From contig OZ024748.1 of NCBI GenBank assembly GCA_964016885.1, positions 5,394,001-5,458,000 of the forward strand: a stretch of DNA of 64,000 nucleotides, in the 5' to 3' direction. Position numbers and translations under genes: made by a program. The stretch is from Eledone cirrhosa (taxonomy: Eukaryota). How positions within the stretch are numbered: position 1 is the stretch's first letter; each line of letters starts with the position of its first letter. The notes below the pieces were generated by a model. The model was not told where the DNA came from, made no database searches, and saw nothing but the letters and a program-made list of their open reading frames with translations. Positions 1-14,072 of the stretch are shown here, one piece after another.

Positions 1-299
1 TTCCATATATATATATATATGTATATATATATGTATATATATATGTATATATGTATATATATTATATATTATTTATATTATGAAATACTGTGTGCTTCTT
101 GTTCATAATAATTTCTATACTTTTCATTTATATATATATATATATGAATTATTTCCGTAGGAAGGGTAAAGAAAAGGAGAGTCCTCTATGTAAGCTACAA
201 AGCTATTTAGTTATGTAATAAACAACATAAGACAATTATTCCATTTACCAAAGGTTTCACGAAGACAGTAAATGGAATAATTGTCTTATGTTGTTTATT

Positions 300-355
<56 letters not shown>

Positions 356-2456
356 TCAGGTATTAGTCTGCAGTGTCATGCTGGCTCTTGATATTCTAAA
401 TATCTTTTCACTTAAGATAGTAATTATAACACAAGCACGTGTAACCAACGCCAACATCATCTTCCGTTCCACCATTGAAAAGCTCCTCCTTCTTTTCTTC
501 ATCCCACTACTCTTACTCATCTTCGTCATCATCATTATCATCATCACCGTTCAATGATGACAGAGATGTTCGATGCTTTAGAGATGGTACCGCTTTATTT
601 GAGGGAGCAATGGCTACTCTTTTCAGAAGGTAAAAAGATTGAGTATAAAACTCAAAGGTAAACATTTTGAAAGTATAGTAGCCTTTAATTTGAATGAGAA
701 TTGGTGTTATTGAGTGAGATTTGGTTGCCATTTCTAGACGTTTCAAGCAGCTTTATATAAACTCTGCCATTGGCACTTCGTGATATGTATATCTATCCAT
801 TACTGCTTGACTGAACAAAATCCTTTTGAAAAACAACGTGGCAGATGATACATACATATCGTGTTGTCTATTCTCTGATGTTTTTTGTTGTTTTTCTTTC
901 TTTAGTTGTTTGTTTCTGATTCATTCATGTATTAGTTATATAAATCCATAGTCGATTAATAGTAACGATCTTCGTGACCTGAACCTTTCTAACACACGTT
1001 TTATCTGCATTTCACAAAGACATGTACCGCACGACTTGCTCAACATGAAAGACGAGCTTATTTAGATATCATTCTCTAGTACTCTATCCATCTCACTCTC
1101 CCTCTATCTCTCACTCAATATCCCTCAATGTTTCTCTCTATCTTCCCGCATCTCTTCCCATCTATTTCAGTCTCAATCTATCCCATCTATCTCTCTTTCA
1201 ATCTGTCTCTCATGCTTTCTCTTTTAGAAATCCTATTTAGGTTTTTAAATCGATCTGTCACAGATATGCAACAGGTGTAGACTAAAATAGATCTGAGGGT
1301 TTTTCTGCCGGTTTTTTGAGTACTTTCTTTATACCTTGCAAATATCAATATATGATTGATGGTTTTAGCAGTACAGACCGCTATTTCTACTACATCTAGT
1401 CAATAATGCAACTATGAATAAATTTCCTTTTCTGCTCAACTGAAGTGGGTTTCAACGCTATATTTGCTAACAAGAAATGGTCACAAATGGGAGACAACTG
1501 CTCATGTTTTTTTTTTGGGGGGGGGGGGGGGTTACATGGAGAGGCTTAGTGCATTAAGCTTCTTCATGTAAAAAAAAATGAAATGACTGCACTGCGGCTA
1601 CACGCATCAATCTACTTGATTAACATGCCAAATATTTATTTAACAGCATGTTACTTAGACTGCTCATTTAAACAAGAGATACAGTCCTTTCGACAGGTTT
1701 TCACATTGTCTCCGCTTCCACAATTTCAGTCACAAGGCTTGGGAATCTCGAGACTATGGTAAATGACTATGGTAAATATGTATCCCAGAAAGGATGTTTA
1801 ACAAACCATAGTATATATAAATTTGAAACATAACCTTAATGAACACTCATAGCGTTATACGTGTCACGGAGAGCAGAGATTCAGTTTGCATCTGTATATT
1901 TATATATACATACACAGAAGCTTAAACGAGTGTGTTTATATATATATATATATATATATATAGATATAGATATAGATGTGTGTGTGTGTATGACTATGCG
2001 TTTGTACGTATAACATAACAGTGAAGACAATTCTACATGACGGTTTGCATTAGCAACAACAGAAATGAGAAAGATAAATATAACACACTATAACACACAC
2101 AAACCCACATACACACATACAGACACACACACTCACAGATACACAAACGCACACACATACAGAGACTGACAGACAGAGAAACGCACACAAACACAAGCAC
2201 ACTTACACGCAAACACATACACACTCACACACACATGCACACACACACATATATATATATATGAATACAGTCATTTATACAAATTCATATATTACTTTAT
2301 TTATATAAACACATTCACATACATTATACATTAACAATAACAACAAGAACAAAATATACATATATACATGAAAGTTTCTGTATAAGTGTGAATATGTGAA
2401 TATATATATACAAGCTATATTACACGGATGTCTATATACAGATGTATGTTTTTATG

Positions 2457-2498
<42 letters not shown>

Positions 2499-2531
2499 AA
2501 CATGTATATATCTATATAAGTATGTATATAT

Positions 2532-2547
2532 ATGTTGATTTCGTTAA

Positions 2548-2631
<84 letters not shown>

Positions 2632-2649
2632 TATTAACGAAATCAACAT
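2532..2649. repeat. Inverted repeat centred on (CT)n-(TA)n-(AG)n
   Basis: ATGTTGATTTCGTTAATAT (2532-2550) is the exact reverse complement of ATATTAACGAAATCAACAT (2631-2649). Confidence 0.9.
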
Positions 2650-3183
2650 CAACAACAAAAGGTAGGTAAAGGAATTCGACATAAAACAGCAGAAACGCAA
2701 CATAACTTTTAAAAATAACATCAACAAAAAGTACAAAAATAACAACAGAAGAAAGAAATAATGACAACAACAACTACAACAACAAGAGAAACAACAAAAC
2801 AAATACTACTCAAAACATACAAACAAACTGTGTATATAATGGTGAGATAGTTAATGAAAAACATCAAGGCTGTGTAGGAAAATAACACACTTTCGATTAA
2901 TACACTCTATGATAAAGCGAAGACGACAGAAAATGGCGTAGAAAGCAAAAAGAAGCGAGCGAACAAGATCGGCCATCTTGTTTTTCGCATACATACTAAG
3001 CCACGTTCCGCACACGTTTCACACACTTTCCGCACAGTTGCCGCACACACCTCTTTCATATCCCAGTCAGCTTTCCATCCAAAACAAGCCATTATTACTG
3101 GAATTTCTTTGGTTAAATCTTATGCTTAATAATGTCTACAAGACGCAATTATATGTGCAGGAATGCTACATTGTATGAGATAC

Positions 3184-3224
<41 letters not shown>

Positions 3225-3989
3225 TTGTATATGTATGTACGGTCGTAAGTATGCATGTACAAATGTATGTATGCTTGTACGAATGTATGTATATATGAAT
3301 GTATGAATGTATATATGCAGGTGTACGTATGTGAACGTGTAGCTGGATGTATATATGCATATATACATTATAATGTCAAGCATATATGAATATATGCACA
3401 CACAGAAACATAAAGACAGACACACACACATAGATATATATGTTTATAAATGTGTATAGTACACAGACACACACACATATATATATGTTTATATATATAT
3501 TTACATATATATATATATATATACATATTTGTGTGTGTTTATATGTGTGTATATACTTACATATATGTATACACACAAGATGAACAATTCCGACATTTAT
3601 TAAAAAGCTTCAAGATATATATATACTCGAGGGAAAATATGTAATCACACACACACACATATATATATATACATATACACCCGTGGAACAATATGTCTTG
3701 CAGTATACACACATGCAACTTTGTACAATTACACATATATGATTGTACACAAGTACCTTTTGAAATGACAATGATGTTTCTTATTCTATCTCTCCTCATT
3801 TTTTTCTATTTCTTATTCTATAATAATGAACTAATATATGTCGTCTTCGTTGTACTGTATCAATCTGGTGTATCGTTTTCCGTTTATGTATATATATATA
3901 TATATATGCAAAATATACACATGAATATACAAGTACATACATTCCTAACAATATAACAAGATGCATACATGCGTGTACACAGAGATACA

Positions 3990-5253
<1,264 letters not shown>

Positions 5254-5790
5254 ATCACATTTCCTATCCTATGCTATGTAACTAAAGCTATTTCTTTCAG
5301 CTCTAATATAAGATGAGATCTCTTCCACTGATTACGTGGATCCTTGCTGGAAATTTGGAAACTTTTTTGTTCTGCTATTCTTTCCGTCTTTCTCTTATCG
5401 GAGAACATTTTGTAGTTGTCGTTCCTGGTATATTTGGAGAATAAGCAAGACACTGTGATATATACGTATATACATACATGAGTGCTTACGTATATACGTA
5501 TATACACACCTAAATATATGTATACATAGACACAGGAATGTATGCATACATACTTATATCCATTGATATATGTATATGCATCTATATATATGTATGTATA
5601 TATCTAAATTAATATATACATACATACAAACATAGATATTTACGCACATACACACACACATATATATATATATGAGAGAAGGAAGGGGGGTGTAGAAAAT
5701 GAAATGTGATTGCGGGTGTTTGATAATGTAAAAAAAAAAGTTAAATCCAAGGAAATCGCGTACACTCACACACACACATATATATATATA

Positions 5791-5882
<92 letters not shown>

Positions 5883-6048
5883 TATATGTATTTATATGTA
5901 TTTATATATATATATATATATGACATATGTTTATATATATATATATATGTGTGTGTATGTGTGTCTGTATGTTTGTGTAAGTGATTCAGTGTTTGTGTTT
6001 CTATGTCTATACAAAATGCATCCAATATAATATCAACAACGAACGCAT

Positions 6049-6079
<31 letters not shown>

Positions 6080-6771
6080 CACAAACAAACACACACACAC
6101 ACACATACACACACACACACACACAGATATATATATATATATACACTCACACACTTACTTATATACATATATACATGCAAGACACACAAACATATACATA
6201 GATATATGTATATAGAGATACATACATACACACTTATAAGTATGTACGTATACATAAAGCTATATATATATATATATATATATATACATACATAAAAATA
6301 ATCCTATATATCAGCCAATAAGAACAATAGCTGTGAAATCTTAGAACACGTCAACAACAACAATAACAACAATATCAAGAACAACAATCATATGAAAACA
6401 CTTACATGAATATCAAAAGGCTGAAAAGAAAGATCTGGTTGTATAATCATCATCTACAACAACAATATGGAAGACAACAAAGGTACACATAACGTGGATA
6501 TTGAACGATGAAACCTATAAAATAATGGTTGTATGAGGTGTGTATTGGTGGAGATGATTGTGGCGGAATATTTTAAATCTTTACTATGAAGAGAAAGTAT
6601 TAATGAAGAAATAACAGGAACGATATGACATATAAGAGATAATAAATACACTGTAGGCGTATTCATCGCAGACGAAGAACACCCGAATAGATAAATTGTT
6701 TTCTGAGCAAGTTGTAAGTCCTGGGTTCCATACCACTGCGTGGTACGACTATCATATATTATTTATGATAG

Positions 6772-7153
6772 GGCGGTGAATTGGCAGTATCGGTAGAGGG
6801 TCGGACGCCATGCTTTCCAGCATAGTTACGTACCTTTACGGTCTGAATTCAAATCCCGTCGAGGTTAACTTTGCCTTTCATCCTTACGGGGTCGATAAAA
6901 TAAAGTACCAGTAATGTACTGGGTAATTACTGGCCTTGTCCCAAAAGTAGAAACAATTATTTATGATAGGGCGGTGAATTGGCAGTATCGGTAGAGGGTT
7001 GGACGCCATGCTTTCCAGCATAGTTACGTCCCTTTACGGTCTGAGTTCAAATCCCGTCGAGGTTAACTTTGCTTTTCATCCTTACGGGGTCGATAAAATA
7101 AAGTACCAGTAATGTACTGGATAATTGCTGGCCTTGTGCCAAAAGTAGAAATA
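6772..7153 (+). mobile_element. Head-to-tail dimer of tRNA-derived SINE family A (6772-6955 and 6970-7153)
   Basis: A-box-like TGGCAGTATCGG (6782), B-box GAGTTCAAATCC (7043), conserved body GGGGTCGATAAAATAAAGTACCAG; 198-bp period; ATTATTTAT(G/C)ATAG at 6758, 6956 and 7154. Confidence 0.9.
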
Positions 7154-7824
7154 ATTATTTATCATAGACTATGGTCGATTCATGTCCCATCATGTCTTGT
7201 GAGTGAATCTGGGTTGATAAAACCTGCTTAGAATCACGTCTGATAAATGTTAACCCTAATTCAAAGGTGCAGACATTTCGGCTTCTCACATGTAGTATAA
7301 CGCTGAATCATATTTAGTTACACTTGTGAAATATCCTGGCTCTTATAGGTTTACTTCTTGAGGAGGGCGTTCCTGAGCAAGGTGATCCGATGTTAAATTT
7401 TGTTTTGACGTAACTTTTTCTATCGCCGGAATGTAAACTGTATGTGTAAGACTTTCTACCAATCAGAATCACAGGACTACATACACAACCCAAACACACA
7501 CACCCACACACTTACCTATACAGACATACACACACACACACACATACACACATACATACACACACACACACACATACATACACACATACACACACGCACA
7601 CACACACACATATGCATATATATATACACGAACACACGCATATACATATATACATACTGTATATATATACATGCATAGCATAGACATACATGAGCACGCA
7701 CACACTCACACCCACACACACACACGCACACACACACATACACACACACACACATACCCACACGTACACACACACACACACATACCCACACGTACACACA
7801 CACATACATACATATATAAAAGAG

Positions 7825-7910
7825 CCAATCAGTTTGCTTCTTTTCTCTGACGTCACAATGGATACTTGACTATAAATACGGCGAATGCGATTAGAAAACT
7901 TTCACTTCTT
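7825..7910 (+). promoter_or_regulatory. Candidate compact Pol II promoter
   Basis: CCAAT 7825-7829 in the context AGCCAATCAG, perfect CRE TGACGTCA 7848-7855, TATAAATA 7871-7878, Inr-like TTCACTT 7901-7907, all in canonical order and near-canonical spacing. Confidence 0.55.
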
Positions 7911-7917
7911 GTTCGAC

Positions 7918-8097
7918 ATGATGGACGAGAATTTTGAAAACTTTCAGAGAACGTGTGTTGCGTGGGAACCTCAGGAGCCTTCGATTTCTTTCCGAAGAGA
8001 TCTGATGAGATTAGGGATGAGGCTTCGTAGCTTCCTTTCTCGTGTCGCATTAGGATCCAATCGTGTCACGAATCTGAGGGAGAAGAGGTTACACTGA
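7918..8097 (+). CDS. Candidate 59-aa orphan small protein MMDENFENFQRTCVAWEPQEPSISFRRDLMRLGMRLRSFLSRVALGSNRVTNLREKRLH
   Basis: First ATG after the putative Inr; the second ATG has a strong Kozak context (ATGATGG); non-repetitive composition; no homologue recognised. Confidence 0.3.
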   Translation: MMDENFENFQRTCVAWEPQEPSISFRRDLMRLGMRLRSFLSRVALGSNRVTNLREKRLH

Positions 8098-8348
8098 AAC
8101 ACCGTGTTACTGAAGTAGTTCTACATCTATGGTTTGATGTTGAGGAAAGTTTTGCGCTGTTATTCATCTACTTCCTGCGCAGAAACAAGGTTTCAGGAGG
8201 CGACATTCCATCATGTACATATTCCAGAACTCAACCTTTTCGTTAAGGGGACGAGTGGGGCTTGTAGAATATAAGACAATCAGATTATGATGTATACATT
8301 TGAATATATAAATGAAAGATAAAACATCCATACATACCTCTGGAGTAT

Positions 8349-8573
8349 TATGGGTGTAGCCATATCATACGGCGTGATTTGGACATTTTCGTCCTGGTGG
8401 AGCCCACTCGCCTCAAAATCTGACTACAGCTAAAGTAACTCCAGAAGTTGAGCCAGAGGGAAAGGGGTGTCATATGGGTGTCGTCATAACATACGGGGCT
8501 TGGGCAATGTTCAACCTGGTAAAGCCCAATGCTCTCAGATCTGACTACAGCTTTTAAACACAGGAGTCAGAGG
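8349..8573. repeat. Diverged direct tandem duplication, about 124-bp unit
   Basis: TATGGGTGT at 8349 and 8473; shared CCTGGT..AGCCCA, ATCTGACTACAGCT and CAGAGGG blocks. Confidence 0.8.
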
Positions 8574-8679
8574 GAGAGAGATACATTTAAAATATTTCTA
8601 TCCGGAGCTCGTCGACGCTTTTTTTGATAATGAAATTATGAATATATTTTCCATTCCAAATATATTTCCTTCTTACACT

Positions 8680-8823
8680 GCAACTCCAGGTAGAAGTAAT
8701 GTGAAATAAAGTGCCTTGCCCAAGGACGCATCATCTGATCCGGGAATGGAAGTTGAGCTAATTCCCGGACCGGGCGATGCGTTATGTCCTTGGGCAAGAC
8801 ACTTTATTTCTACCTGGAGTTGC
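8680..8823. mobile_element. Fold-back hairpin made of two inverted fragments of a second SINE-like family
   Basis: GCAACTCCAGGTAGAA..GAAATAAAGTGCCTTGCCCAAGGAC..TCCGGGAAT versus ATTCCCGGA..GTCCTTGGGCAAGACACTTTATTTCTACCTGGAGTTGC; 13-nt loop 8748-8760; CCTTGGGCAAGACACTT is typical of the post-tRNA segment of many SINEs. Confidence 0.75.
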
Positions 8824-8990
8824 GACCGATATATATATGATTTGATCAGACGTATTTAAGGTCGAGACTCAACTTCGAGTGATCAGCGACCTTTAGACTC
8901 ACCTGATTAATGAAACAATTGTTAATACTGTAAATTAAACCCTTTTTGTACAGCCGACCATGTTATTCAACACTCTTTCTTCACACTTTC

Positions 8991-9055
8991 ATAAAATAAA
9001 GTACCAGTAATGCACTGGTAAATTGCTGGCCTTGTGCCTAAAGTAGAAACAATTA
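8991..9055 (+). mobile_element. SINE family A 3' fragment
   Basis: ATAAAATAAAGTACCAGTAATGCACTGG..GGCCTTGTGCCTAAAGTAGAAAC matches the 3' end of the 6772 copy. Confidence 0.85.
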
Positions 9056-10013
9056 TATATATATATATATATATATGGAGAGCGTTTTGGCTTGTCAAAC
9101 GCTGTGACCCAGGGTGGACCAGCAATACCGTTTGTAGGGGTTGAAACTGCCACTGACCATCTGAACGGCTGATGAACCTGGAGCTCTGTCTTTCGTTTGT
9201 ATTATATATCTATTTTAATGTAATTTTCCCCCTAAAATATTTGCCTAGATTTCGTTCATTGTCCACTCTTTGTTAATTTTCTTTAGTTTATATACATATA
9301 TATATATACATATATATATATACACTTATATACATTGATAATTTTCTTTAGTTTATATTCATATATATATATATATATAATATATACACTTATATACATT
9401 GATATTGATATTTTTTTGGATGTATACATTATATATGGACAAACCTATCTAAAAATTACAGAGGGTCTTGAACAACAGGAAGAACAACGTTAACAATAAC
9501 TATATAGATACAAAACAAAAAATCAAAAACAATACTGCAACACAAACAACAACAATATTACTATTAATAATAATACAAACAATAAAACAAACAACAATGA
9601 TAATTACATTTATAACAACAATAATATTAATAACAACGCAAGAAAAATAATAGCCATAATAATAATAATAAAAATATATACATATTGTCGATAATAAAAA
9701 TAAACAGCAACAACAGTAACAATAATGATGACGAGGATGATGACGATGTTGATGGTGATGTTGGTGATGTTAATGATGTTGTTGATGATGATGATGATAA
9801 CAATAAGACAGCGGTGATTAAGTGTTGTTTGTGGTATGGAGAAAATATTTTGTTAATGGAAATGAAATCATAATAGGATCTATTATAAACACATGGAGAG
9901 TATTTACTACAAGAGTAGTGTGTTTATGATGGAGGTGGTGGTGGTGGTTGTGGAGGAAGTAGACGAAGTTGGAGGGAAGTTAGCAGCAGAGGAAGACAAG
10001 AAATGTAGTGGTT

Positions 10014-10046
<33 letters not shown>

Positions 10047-10096
10047 AATGACTTCTACAGGATTAGAACTGTTTCATTCGGGAGAAATCATCAGGC

Positions 10097-10143
10097 CTTC
10101 CTGATGATTTCTCCGAAATGAAATAGTTCTATTCCTGTAGAAG
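10097..10143 (+). ncRNA. Type I hammerhead ribozyme motif (Penelope-like element terminus)
   Basis: Stem I CTTC/GAAG, CTGATGA 10101-10107, short stem II, GAAA 10120-10123, stem III ATAG/CTGT, GUA triplet 10137-10139; lies in the right arm of inverted repeat 10046-10149. Confidence 0.7.
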
Positions 10144-10244
10144 CCATTTCTATATTAAATATTTATACTCTATTATGTATTGTGTACCTTACTTACTGTG
10201 GTTACCCCCAATTGAACCCGGGATAAACGTATATATATATATAT

Positions 10245-10375
10245 ATTAAAATAACAAGTTTAAGCAAAGAATCGCTGCTTTCACCCTTAACGGGATTTTC
10301 TGAAACTCTTATATATTTGAGATATATTTATCCTTCCCTCTTTGGATTTTAGTCTTCACATTTATTATTATTACT
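10245..10375. mobile_element. Internally deleted copy of the element at 46864-47626
   Basis: Both ends are shared: AAAGAATCGCTGCTTTCACCCTTAACGGGA..CTGAAACT and CTCTTTGGATTTTAGTCTTCA.ATTTATTATTATTACT. Confidence 0.8.
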
Positions 10376-10377
10376 AT

Positions 10378-10460
10378 GGATTGACAGTATTGGTAGAGGG
10401 TCGGACGCCATGCTTTGCAGCAAAGCATGGCGTCCGACCCTCTACCGATACTGCCAATCC
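10378..10460. mobile_element. Near-perfect palindrome of two SINE family A head fragments
   Basis: 41-bp arms (10378-10418, 10420-10460), 1-nt spacer, 2 mismatches; the arm matches the SINE A-box region. Confidence 0.9.
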
Positions 10461-11189
10461 AGTAATAAAGGTGGTACGGCAGTTTCCATGGTGGTGTTGG
10501 TTTTAGTGGAGGTGATGGGTGGTTGTGTTGTTAATGGTGATTTCAATATTGTTGGTGGTGTTAGGTAGTGGTGATGAGGGTGGTACTCCGAGATGTTGTG
10601 GTTAGTGGTGGTGGGGTGTTGGTTGTAGTGGTAGAATTTGGTGTTGTTAGTGGTAGATTCAGTGTTGGTTGTATAGGTTGTGGTAGTAATAGTGGCGAGG
10701 TAGTATTGGTGGTGGTGTTAGTTGTAGTGCTGATGAGGGTGGTATTGCGAGATATTGTTGTTAGTCGTTGGTGTTGTTGTTGATGTTGTTAACCATTGTT
10801 GTGGTTGGTGTTGTTAGCTGTGTGACGGCAGTGGAGGTGTAGGTGGTAGTGTTAGAGTGCTGGTAATGATGAGGATGGTGGCTATGGTGATGATGATGAT
10901 GAGGGCCATGATGAAAACGAGGATGATAATGTCGATGATGTTTTTATTTAGGGAGAAGACAGAAAACAGACTCACAGAACCAACATCCAACAAAACCCAC
11001 GAATAATACTACTACTACCACCAGAACCACTGAAACTACCACTACCATCAACACCTCTACTACCACCACCAACCCCACCATCACCACCACCACCACAACA
11101 ACAACAATAATAATCAGCAGTAGCACTACCATCACTAACACACGCACCCATCCACAAATTCATTACCACTACCACTACTACTGTCATTA

Positions 11190-12332
11190 CAAACACTATC
11201 CGCCACTAACACCATTTCCCACCACCATCACTACCACCACCATCACCATCATCACCACAACCACCACTATCATCACCACTACTACCACCATCACCAACAC
11301 TACCACCACCATTATCACCATCACCACCAACACCACCACCACCACCATAACCAATAACACCACCACCACCACCACCACCGCACCACGATCACCAACAATA
11401 CCTTCACCACAATCACCACCACCACCACCACCATCACCAATAACACCACCACCACCACCATCACCAACACTACCATCACCACAATCACCACCACTACCAC
11501 CACCACCACCATCACCAACACCACCACCACCACCACACCACCATCACCAACACCCACCACCACCACCACCATCACCAATAACACCACCACCACCACCACC
11601 ACCTTCACCAACAATACCCTCACCACAATCACCACCACCACCACCAACAACACCACCACCATCACCACAACCACCACCACCACCATCACCAATACCATCA
11701 CCAATACCATCACCACAACCACCACCACCACCACCACCATCACCAACAACACCACCACCACCACCACCACCACCACACCACCATCACCACCACCACCAAT
11801 ACCATCACCACAACCACCACCACCACCACCACCATCACCAACAACACCACCACCACCACCACCACCACCACCACACCACCATCACCACCACCACCAACAC
11901 CACCACCACCACCATCACCAACAACACCACCACCACCACACCACCATCACCACCAACAACAACACCACCACCACCAACACCACCACCACCACCACCACCA
12001 CCATCACCAATACCATCACCAATACCATCACCACAACCACCACCAACAACACCACCATCACCACCACCACCAACACCACCACCACCACCATCACCAACAA
12101 CACCACCACCACCACACCACCATCACCACCAACAACAACACCACCACCACCAACACCACCACCACCACCACCACCACCATCACCAATACCATCACCAATA
12201 CCATCACCACAACCACCACCAACAACACCACCATCACCACCACCACCACCACCACCACCACCACCACACCACCATCACCACCAACAACAATACCACCACC
12301 ACCACCACAACCACCACCACCACCACCACCAT
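11190..12332. repeat. Mosaic (CCA)n/(CAA)n trinucleotide array
   Basis: Direct reading; source of the poly-V/poly-T ORFs. Confidence 0.95.
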
Positions 12333-12770
12333 CAAAACAGATATGTAGGATAAAATTTTGAGTTGTATGATGTAAGAGAGCTGGAGAGAAGGAGGAGGAA
12401 GAGAGAAATGAGGGACGGTGTGTGATGAGGGTGGAAAAGACAGGGGGGTGGGGGATATTATTTGGGGTGAGGAAGGAGGAGGGGATAGAGCTGCGTTTTG
12501 TCGTCACATGTGATTGCTTAAGGAACGAACCTTGTGAGACGGCAGCTGCAGCTTTGTAGCCGGTGTCAGTGGAGCGAACCAGATCGTGGGACGGCAGTTC
12601 AATGAAGCGCACCGATTCCCGATAGAGTTGGCGTCTTGGATAGACGGTGGGGTGCAGAGTAAGCAGAACTGGTGTTGGTGGTGATGGCTTGGGTGAGTTG
12701 GCTGAGTAGGGGTCAGAGAGAGAGAGAGAGAGAGAGAGAAAAGAGAGAGAAAGGGGGATAGACGGAGGGA

Positions 12771-12825
<55 letters not shown>

Positions 12826-12946
12826 TGAGAGAGAGAGAAGGAGAAAAGGGAGATAAACGGAGGGAGTTGGAGAGAGATAAGAAATGATGGGGTGAGAGAG
12901 AGAGAGACAGAAAGAGAGAAAGAGAGAGAGAGGGGGAGAAAGATAG

Positions 12947-12994
<48 letters not shown>

Positions 12995-14072
12995 AGAGAG
13001 AGAGAGATGGCTAGTGAGTTAAGTAGATTAGAAAATATTAAGGGTTTAAAAAATGATAAAATAAAATAAACCCTTCCCCAATATCAGACGTTCCGTACCC
13101 CTGAAAAACAACAATACCAACAAAACACACACTACGTAATCTAGCGTTAACCCTACCCCTCACCCCCTCCCCTATGTTCGCTTTCCAATTTTTTTTTTAC
13201 CCTTCTTTAAACTCAAGTCTGTCCTAAACTCTACTCTGCCCCCACCACCATCACCACTACCACTTCCACCTCCACATAACCGCCCTTTGCTACTCCAACA
13301 CCACCACCATCACTTCCACCTCCTAATTCCCCCCTCTTACTCCACCCTAAAACAACACATCCTTCCACCCCCACTACACCGACCATCCTACTCCACCACA
13401 ACAACACCGCCACCATCACCTCCGCCATCTACCCCCCCCCCCTCACACCATCCACATCTTGCACGTGCTTCGTGTTCCTTCCTGTTTTATTTCCCAGTCG
13501 GTGTCTCGGCCAAGAGTTTATCTTACTCCATCAGACGACAAGAGAAACCAGCGGTCATACATCTTTGCTTCTACCATCTATTCAATCAGACTTCCAGCGA
13601 CCCAACCACACAGACATTCTACCATCCAGCATCTCAACCATCAAGCCATCTAGCTACCCAGCTTGGTTGACAAACCACTAACCATCTCCTCATTCAGTCT
13701 TACAGATATCCAGCAATCCAACCATCCAGTCATCTTACCATCCAGCGATCCAGCCATAGAATTCTCCAGCTATTCAGTTACCTAGCCATGCAACCCTCTA
13801 GTCATCTAGCTATGCAGTCATCCCACCATCTAACCATACAACCATCCAACCATCCAACCATCCAGGCATGTAAACAATCAACCCTTCTCCATCTATTCAT
13901 CCAGCAAGACAAGTAGCCATGTAACCATCCAGAAAGTTATCCCAGCTATCCAAACATCCTACAATGCAAACATCTAACCATCCATCAATTCAGCCATCTA
14001 ACCATCAAGACAACAAGCACTTAGCTATCCATTCACCAACCATCCAGTCAGAAAGACATTGTATCCAATCTT

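Noticed and set aside
6772-6860. tRNA gene
   Set aside because: A/B-box-like motifs continue into a multicopy SINE body; no cloverleaf
8002-8030. CTGATGA inside the small ORF as a hammerhead or snoRNA box
   Set aside because: No correctly placed GAAA or stems
9160-9200. CTGATGAACC.. as a functional hammerhead
   Set aside because: GAAA box missing; at most a deleted relic in a (TA)n-flanked element
12091-12612. 173-aa minus-strand ORF
   Set aside because: No recognisable domain, non-ATG start, and it runs into the (GGT)n array
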